Part shown: positions 10,020-17,900 of the stretch, in pieces
How the letters are laid out: every line of letters starts with the position of its first letter
How positions within the stretch are numbered: position 1 is the stretch's first letter
Origin: Cyanobacteria bacterium P01_A01_bin.123
Lineage (GTDB): Bacteria; Cyanobacteriota; Cyanobacteriia; Phormidesmidales; Phormidesmidaceae
Reading direction: 5' to 3'
Length of the DNA: 64,000 bases
Assembly (NCBI GenBank): GCA_039815185.1
Contig: JBCBZT010000008.1
Coordinates: forward strand, 96,001 to 160,000
Notes under the pieces: model-generated
Told to the model about the DNA's origin: nothing
The model's database searches: none
What the model saw: only the letters and a program-made list of their open reading frames with translations
Made by a program: the position numbers and the translations under genes

Positions 10020-11495
10020 TCACTTAACCAATCGAAGTTTTCGAACTAGTTTTTTAAATACTTGGGCATATTTAAAAAACTGTTCCGGCGAAAGTAAATA
10101 GATTAGGAACACATAGGTCAGAATAAAAATTATTATTTTGCTTCCAAAAAATAAATCAAAGACCCAATAGCTAATCGCATAACTCAGTACCAAAGCTAGC
10201 AGTGAGAATACTATTGGCTTAAGAGCCGTACCTAGAATTTCATACATCGGCCAATGTAAACTTCTACAGCCAATCCACCACCAAAGTAACGTCCAAAAAA
10301 AGCCTAATACTACAGCAGCTGAAATTGCTACACCAACAACATTGCCCAACTTAGCCCCCATCCAAAAGCTCAAGATAGCAATGGGTGCAATGCACAAATT
10401 GACTTTAGCATTGATACCAGGAAAACCTCTTGCCGAAAGCATCGTTTTCAAAGGGGCATTGATCACTCGGAAGTAAGATGCGCTTAATAGCCAAGGCAAA
10501 ATATGTGCAATTTGCGTCCAATTTTGACCGAAAATAAACGCTATTGCTTTTTTATCTAATATCAGAAATATAATCAAATAAAATGGCGTGGTCAAATATG
10601 TCAACTGTCTAATAACTGCTATAAGCGCTTTCTTTTGATCAGCGGGCTTATCAATCTTTGCGAATTCAGGCGTTCCCACCTGATTCATAATAGGATTAAG
10701 TATGGTCGTTAATGCCATTGAAAGCTGATAGGCGAGATTATAGTATCCTAAGCTGGCTTTTCCGAGTAGTCTTCCAACTATAAAATTATCAAGATTCGAG
10801 TTAACATAAAAGCCAAAACTAGATCCAATTGCTCCTGAGCAATAGCTTACAACTTCTCGTACAATTTCTGGATGAAGTCGGATTTTAAGATAAGCATTTG
10901 ATCGAATAATAACTAAGATAAATTCAACTGACCAAAAAGCCATATCACCAATTGCGAAAGACCAATATCTCAGTCCAAGCAACGCAGCACCAATTGTGAA
11001 CGATAACCGGAATCCCGAAGCAATTAGTGTATTTAAGGCCAGAACAGCATATCTTTCCTGTCGCATGAGGACAGCGGAATATGGAAAATATCCAGAGGCC
11101 AAGAACAAGTTAAAGGCATACACTATTAAAAGTGATGATAGAGCAGGCTCACTAAAGAAATTTGAAATTATCGGTGAACTTACAACCAACAACAGCGACG
11201 TAATTGCCCCAGCAGCTAGGCTCACTGTGTAAGTCGTATCTAGATAAGGCTTTTCATCTATTCCTTTATAAAGAATGAATAGACTAGTAGAATTTTGAGT
11301 AAAAAGAATAAAAAACGACCAGAAAACCCATGCTATGCTTACGATTCCAAAATCATCAGGAACAAGCAGCCTAGCAAGTATCAGATTACTGAAAAGTGCA
11401 AAAAAACGCCGCGAAAAATTACCAGCGGTTACCCATATGCCATTCCTTAAGAGAGAAGATTTTTGCATATTTAGCATGTTCTCTATCGTCGGCAA
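10020..11495 (-). CDS. wzx: Oligosaccharide flippase (Wzx/PST family)
   Basis: LARLLVPDDFG and NLDNFIVGRLLGKASLGYYNLAY. Many TM helices. Confidence 0.88.
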   Translation of the reverse strand: MPTIENMLNMQKSSLLRNGIWVTAGNFSRRFFALFSNLILARLLVPDDFGIVSIAWVFWSFFILFTQNSTSLFILYKGIDEKPYLDTTYTVSLAAGAITSLLLVVSSPIISNFFSEPALSSLLIVYAFNLFLASGYFPYSAVLMRQERYAVLALNTLIASGFRLSFTIGAALLGLRYWSFAIGDMAFWSVEFILVIIRSNAYLKIRLHPEIVREVVSYCSGAIGSSFGFYVNSNLDNFIVGRLLGKASLGYYNLAYQLSMALTTILNPIMNQVGTPEFAKIDKPADQKKALIAVIRQLTYLTTPFYLIIFLILDKKAIAFIFGQNWTQIAHILPWLLSASYFRVINAPLKTMLSARGFPGINAKVNLCIAPIAILSFWMGAKLGNVVGVAISAAVVLGFFWTLLWWWIGCRSLHWPMYEILGTALKPIVFSLLALVLSYAISYWVFDLFFGSKIIIFILTYVFLIYLLSPEQFFKYAQVFKKLVRKLRLVK

Positions 11496-11510
11496 TGACC
11501 TTTATAGAAA

Positions 11511-12110
11511 TTACTGACCCCAATATCTAATCCAGTTTCTTAAACTCATTCTTGCTCTGTGGATCGAGGATGTTGAATTCTTAGCAGGGTTTTTTCTTGG
11601 GAAAGGAATATCGGGGATTGTTTTATCTAAGAATCCACAGAGCTTGAGCCAAAGGTCATCTTTGCCAAAATTAAGTATCAGTAAATCTTCTGGTCGATCT
11701 TTAAAGTAGGCATTTACACTACTGTAATGAGCATCATAGACATATGAGAATCGGTCAAGATTAAATTGCATACACCCAAAGATTTCAAGCCTGGCCTTAT
11801 TATCCCTAGGAGGATAGGCAGGAGGCTGACTATACCAATTTTCAGCAGATTTTAACCAAGTGTCTTTAGATCTATAGGTAAGTATAAATTTGCTATTAGG
11901 ATAACTGCGATCAAGCTGAGGATAAAAGTTTTCTCCAAAGTTAGTGATTGCATCCCAATCGTCACGAGGATAGTTATAAATGCCTTTTTTATATGACATA
12001 AACCTCAAATCCAAAGGATTATGTAATGAGCGATATCCTAATAGAACTAATGCCGCATTTAAACTAACAGTTCCAGTCTTCGGTAATCCTATGTTGAAAA
12101 TTTTGCTCAT
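11511..12110 (-). CDS. Sulfotransferase family protein
   Basis: N-terminal PAPS-binding loop IGLPKTGTVSL, YPNSKFILTYR...WLKS and LCGFLDKTIPDIPFPRKN. Confidence 0.85.
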   Translation of the reverse strand: MSKIFNIGLPKTGTVSLNAALVLLGYRSLHNPLDLRFMSYKKGIYNYPRDDWDAITNFGENFYPQLDRSYPNSKFILTYRSKDTWLKSAENWYSQPPAYPPRDNKARLEIFGCMQFNLDRFSYVYDAHYSSVNAYFKDRPEDLLILNFGKDDLWLKLCGFLDKTIPDIPFPRKNPAKNSTSSIHRARMSLRNWIRYWGQ

Positions 12111-12137
12111 AATAAAAATAAATTATACTATTTTAGT

Positions 12138-13079
12138 TTAAGTGCCTAGAACTTTCTTGATGGCTAGGGATGCTATCGGATTTAAAGCTACTGAGAGAAT
12201 CGTCAAAAAAGAACGCGGGTCTCGATAGAAAATCGAAGCATCCTGCTTTAAAGCCAATATGATGAACTTCTTTGCCTGTGCTCCATCTCCCATGCTCATA
12301 CATAATCTAGCCAAATAGCGATAAAGATAAGCATATGCAGTTGGCAAGATAGGTTTAACTTCTTGGGGGAAGCGTTGATACGCTGCTTGAAGAACAGCTT
12401 CATGGGACGTTTGCATACCCTCAATATTAAATGAAAGTCCTGAAGGTCGGACTCGATAACAAGATAACTTTTCTGGCACTCGATAGAATGTCCAATTTTG
12501 TGTTCCTGCAATGCGCAACCAAAAATCTATATCTTCAGAGCTCCGTAGTGTTTCATCGAATTCGCCAACCTCATAAAATATAGATCGTCTAAAAATAGCG
12601 TTAGAGCCATGTCCAATAAAATTTTTGAATAACAGTGCTTTGAGTGGATTTCTATCAACAGGCTTACCACTCAGCGATATAAAGATTGATTTTCCATCAT
12701 CTCGAATCGCTTGCGAAGCACTATAAACTACACCAACGCTAGCGTGTTGCTCGAGAATAGCCACGTGAGTTTCGATTTTTCGAGGTCTGTAGATGTCATC
12801 AGCATCAAGCAATGCAATATATTCTGAGTTGGCATGACGAATGCCGTAATTACGCGCAGAAGATAAACCACCGTTAGGTTTACAGACAACTTTAAATCTA
12901 TTGTCTCGATAGCAAAATTGTTTTGCTATGTCGTGAGTTTTATCTGTTGAACCGTCATCAACAATGATGACTTCGAAATGTTCAAATGTTTGGCTGATTA
13001 AAGATTTTAACGCAGATTCAAGATAGGTTTCAATATTGTAAGCTGGAATAACCACACTGACTTTTTCTAGGTTAGTCAT
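12138..13079 (-). CDS. Glycosyltransferase family 2
   Basis: VSVVIPAYN, VDDGSTD, GLSSARNYG, LDADD and EDIDFWLR. Confidence 0.92.
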   Translation of the reverse strand: MTNLEKVSVVIPAYNIETYLESALKSLISQTFEHFEVIIVDDGSTDKTHDIAKQFCYRDNRFKVVCKPNGGLSSARNYGIRHANSEYIALLDADDIYRPRKIETHVAILEQHASVGVVYSASQAIRDDGKSIFISLSGKPVDRNPLKALLFKNFIGHGSNAIFRRSIFYEVGEFDETLRSSEDIDFWLRIAGTQNWTFYRVPEKLSCYRVRPSGLSFNIEGMQTSHEAVLQAAYQRFPQEVKPILPTAYAYLYRYLARLCMSMGDGAQAKKFIILALKQDASIFYRDPRSFLTILSVALNPIASLAIKKVLGT

Positions 13080-13155
13080 AGGTTTATTTCAGGGGTTTGA
13101 ATTGGCTACTTTATAGTCTTTTGAGAAAATTATCCTTGGATATTATTGATTACCT

Positions 13156-14016
13156 TTATTTATTATCTTCCACTTTCAGAGGTGACAAGTATGTCGCTGC
13201 AAGTGCAATTTGCAGCAAAAATGCAGGATTCCCTAAGAGATAACGAGCTGCCAAACGTCTTGGCTCTTGTTTTAAGCGAAACAACCATTCAAATCCACAA
13301 TCAGAAATCCATTTTGGACAATTTTGAATAACTCCTGCAAGTCTGTCGATAACTGCACCACAGGGGATAATCACGTTTACATCTAAGCTCTCCTGATTTT
13401 GGAGTACCCACTTTTCTTCAAGGGGCATTCCCATGCCAATCACTAAAATATTAGGGCTGACTTTATTGATCCTTTCAATCAACTCCCGACAAGCCCTAGG
13501 ATCATCTTTCGGGAAATAGCCATGATAACCATTTATTTCTACGCCTGAATATTTTTCACGAGTAGAACTAATTGCTTTAGCTAAAATCTCTGGCTTAGCA
13601 CCTAGAAAGAAAAAAGAAAAGCCAGCATGCTTGGCAGATTCAAGTAAATTTGGGATCAATTCAGTTCCTGTTGCTCTATAGTCTAAGGGTAGATTTAATC
13701 CAAGACCATTAACGGTTTTTAGGATACCGGAGCCATCACACATTGCGATTTCAGCAGTTTGCATGAAATCATAAAACCAGGGTAGCTGGAACGACAAATT
13801 AAAGCTATGAACGTTCCATGATGCAATGACGATCTTTCTCCCTTCTTGACAAGTTTTCGTAACCTCATCAATGATGGTTTGGATTGTCATAAAAGTAATT
13901 TTGCGATCTAGCAGGGTTGCAGTGATGGTTGGATAAGGTGTCTGAGCCTGTAATTCATCAACTCGTAGCGGTGTGGCTAAAGAAATATGAGTCTGTAGAT
14001 AACGACTGTGGGACAT
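13156..14016 (-). CDS. WecB/TagA/CpsF family glycosyltransferase
   Basis: CDGSGI, GYHGYF, GMGMPLEEKW and GFEWLFRLKQEPRRLAARY. Start uncertain (14016 or 14082). Confidence 0.9.
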   Translation of the reverse strand: MSHSRYLQTHISLATPLRVDELQAQTPYPTITATLLDRKITFMTIQTIIDEVTKTCQEGRKIVIASWNVHSFNLSFQLPWFYDFMQTAEIAMCDGSGILKTVNGLGLNLPLDYRATGTELIPNLLESAKHAGFSFFFLGAKPEILAKAISSTREKYSGVEINGYHGYFPKDDPRACRELIERINKVSPNILVIGMGMPLEEKWVLQNQESLDVNVIIPCGAVIDRLAGVIQNCPKWISDCGFEWLFRLKQEPRRLAARYLLGNPAFLLQIALAATYLSPLKVEDNK

Positions 14017-14814
14017 AGATCCTATTCCAAAACTGTGTTGAGAGGTTGTAACTACCACAGACAATAGAGATGATTGGCCCACATTTTAAGTTCGATGCAT
14101 CCAACCGAGATAACAAATTCACATAATGACTCCTACTCACCGATTTAAGCTATAGCCAGCTTTCTTGATTGTTGAAAAAATCCACACCAGGCACTGAACA
14201 TACTGATTTCAGAAAGACGTGAAATCGAACCAGTCCCGACGCTCGACATAAGATGAACACTAGATTCTGAAAGCCTATACAATTATTACCTGAGGTATTT
14301 CAGCCATAGCTTTGTCAAACACTTTTGCGATCGCCGCAGTGAGACAAGTGAGGTGATATAGACAGTTGCATTCCTTGATGTTTGAAGTACGTTTCAGCTG
14401 GATTGTGCAATAACTTACGCATTAAACTCAAACTTCACCAACATCAGCAGTGCTCTATACCTAACAATTGTGCGGTTAAAAGCTTAGCAGAAACTCTCTA
14501 ATCAGGCTGATTTCGACCTTTACCGTGGACATTGCCTCATAGATGTACCTACTATACCAAAATAAAATATTCCATATTCTACGCACAACCTGTGAGACCT
14601 CAGTATTTTTTCGCGTTTGCTTAGCAAAATCTTTAAAGTTCTTTTGTGACCCACAAGATAATACAGACCAAGCTAAAAAATGGGAACACTTGATACACTA
14701 AATACGTCTGCTAGGCACTTTGCTGGCTCTACAGAACCGCTTATATCTTGCTGAAGCCCCAGTCATGGGCCTTGCATTAAGCAAAGGGCGAGTTCGTAAT
14801 TTGGTAAATATGCG

Positions 14815-14854
14815 AAAAGCGGGTAACGAAAATTGAATTTTCGTTGCCCGCTTT
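14815..14854 (-). terminator. Rho-independent terminator of the 1669-aa phosphoesterase gene
   Basis: AAAAGCGGGTAACGAAAATT-G-AATTTTCGTTGCCCGCTTT long hairpin about 50 nt after the stop codon. Confidence 0.7.
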
Positions 14855-14902
14855 ATCACTAACGTCTCGGGTGAGTTCTCCATGGAGGAGCTCAAGCAAA
14901 GC

Positions 14903-17900
14903 CTAGATCAGTACGAATGAGGCTTCTATCACAGTCGTCGTGTCTATACCAGTCAGCACTGCCAACGTTTCATTCCCAGCGTTGATAGTATCGCCGCTAA
15001 AGGATAAAGCACCAAACGTTAGGCCATCTGCTAGACCAATGAAGTCAGTACCGACTTCAAAGTCTGTGATAGTATCGGTGCCTTCACCGACTGCGAGGAC
15101 GAAGGTATCACTGCCCTGACCACCAGAGGAGTTGTCACCCGTTAAGGTGTCATTCCCCTTGCCGCCCCGGAGTAAATCATCGCCGTCGTCACCCCAGATA
15201 TCGTCGTCGCCTGCGCCACCAAAGAGGATGTCGTCGCCACTCTTACCGCCAATGCGATCATTGCCGCCTTCGCCGTAGATCGTGTCATTGCCGCCGGCTT
15301 CACCCGTTTGGGCGCTGCGTACGTTGCGATCGCCCCGCAGGACATCATCACCATCACCCCCAAACAGGAAGGCATCCAGGTCACTGCCGCCAGCTAGCGT
15401 TTCGTCATCACTGCCACCTTGGATAAAGTCGCGAGTCAGAGCTGCTGCGCCGACCCGAGGATCAAGATTAAGGGCAGTTTCTAAGCCCAGTTGAATGACC
15501 TCGTTGTTGTCGATTTCAACGCCAGAGAAGTCGCGACCGATGGAAAAGGGATAGTTGTTGTCGTTAGCAACCAGTATGGTCTTCTCGTCAAGCACCAGTA
15601 CATCTTCAATCGTGACAAACGGGAAATTAAATGTTGTTTCACCGTCGCCATTTAGATCGTCAGGGTCGCTGATGTTGAGCAGATCCGCCACTTCCGTCTT
15701 TTCGACAAACCCGTTGTCGTCTATCTCAGACAAGTCGACTTTGAAGATCTTCTTGAATGCAGCTTCTGCCCCTTGACGCCCATCTCGTTCAATCACCAAA
15801 AATTCATCGTTGTTAATCGGCGTAAAGTCGCCGATGGCATGGTTGGGGGCATCCATTTGATAGAGCCCGACGATGCCTTCGAAGGCGCTGGTGGCCACAT
15901 CAAATTCATAGATCCGCAGGGAAGTCGCAGGATCGCCAACGACGGTACCCTCTAGCATGGGATAGAGCGTTTGGCGATCGGGGCTGAAAGCCATCCCCTC
16001 ATAACCGCGAGAACCGCGCAGGTTTGCTTCCGAGCTAGCATCGGGGAATTCCTCTAGAACGATGCGCCCCGTCTCAGGGAAGTCGGTGAAGAAACCATCT
16101 ACACCCAACTCGATTAGCTGACGAAATTCATCACCAGTGCTTTGAGCTGTGCCATCGGGATTGAGCGTCAAGAATCGAGGCTCATCCCGCAGGGTGTAGG
16201 GGTGAACTTGGAGTCCAGCGTCATGGGCCCAATCGACGATAGGCACTACTTCACCTGTGAGCTGGGTACCAATGCCGACCGGAATCTCAACCGTGCCCTC
16301 TCCGGTCAATGTGGGATTGTCTAGCGGCCCAACTTCGAATTCAACGGTCAGCTCTTCACCGAGTTCACCCACGATTTCGAAGGCCAGATCATCGGTTTCA
16401 ACTAAATAGCTGAGATTGACGGGCACGCCATCTTCCAAGGTTAAAACCGGGAAGAAATCAAATAAGAAATCATCTGCTTCGGTGAGTGGAGTACCAAAGA
16501 AGTCGATGTCCAGTTCTAGGCTAGTGGTCGGATCAAGCGTCTCAATCCCTTCACCCGTCAAGAGTTCACTGTTGTAGGCAAGCAGACCGCCGAAGATGCC
16601 TTCGGTGGTATCGAAGGTTAACCGCTGCAGCACGGTCTCATTAGTACCGTTACCATCGCGATCCTCTGATGTCGGAAATGACTCCCGCAGCAAGATATTG
16701 TTCTTCCAGGGGCCTAAACCGTCGGCATAAGCGCTGATTTCGGCGATCGCATCGGCATTCGTCAGCGCATCGTAACCCGGATTATCGAAGTCAAGGAAGG
16801 GCAGCAGGTCGCCGTAGATGGCTGCTTTTTCTGCATCTGATAAGTCTGCATTGGCCACAAGGTCAAAAGGTACCGAAAAGCCACCGCCACCATCATTGAT
16901 GAAGCTACCTTCGGTATCGCCAAAGAGCTGAACCAATTGCAAGTTGTCCAGACCAGCATCGGGCAGCACGTTGTTGCGTAAATCTAGCAGGTTTTGAATC
17001 TCGAAGGACTGAATGAAGATCCGGTTGCGATTAGTGAACCCAGTATCTACCAAGGTCTGTACCAAGGGCTCTTCTAGCGATAACCCTTGCTCATCGAAAA
17101 AGGTGGGGTGCTTGGTTTCGGGGTAGATGCCGACTTGGAAGCCGTAATCTGCTTCAACTTCTTGCACCAGTTCGATCACCTCTTGAAAGGTAGGAATCTC
17201 AAACAGGCCATCGAATTCATCACTGCGGAAGTCGCGGGACTGAACGGCTCGCAGTTGTTTGATTTCTGCCAACGTAAAGTCTTCTGCGAAGTAGGCAGTG
17301 ACTGCTTCCCCATCCAACATCTTGGTGGACATGCGCTCAGGCCCAAATACCTCAGCGACATTGGTGGTGTCATCCAGCATCGGTTCGTGGCGGGCAATCA
17401 GGACACCATCCTGGGTGATTACCAAATCGGGCTCGATAAAGTCGGCCCCTTGGAAGATGGCAGAGCGATAGGCTTCTAAGGTGTGCTCAGGAAAGTTGCC
17501 GCTATCACCCCGGTGACCAATAACCAGAGGCGTCTGGCCGTTGAGCGTATTGAAATCAAAGTCTGGGTTTTGGGGAGACTTCACCGTGTCAGAGACGAGC
17601 TGATCCCGGACCGGATCACCTGTGCGGGCAAAATCGGTGAAGAACCCATCCGCGCCCAGTTCGATCAACTGCTGGAACTCTTGCTCAGGGGTTTGGGGTG
17701 TGCCATCTGCGTTCAGCGTTAGGAACCGCTCTTCATCCCGTAGGGTGTAGGGGTGAACCTGCAGGTCTGCATTATGGGCAAGGTCGATCAGCGGGAAAAT
17801 TTCACCCGTGTTTTGGGTGGTGATTTCAGCTACGCCGTCTCCGTTACCATCGACGGGGGTATCTAGAGGTTCCCGCAGAATAATGCTGTTCTTCCAAGGG

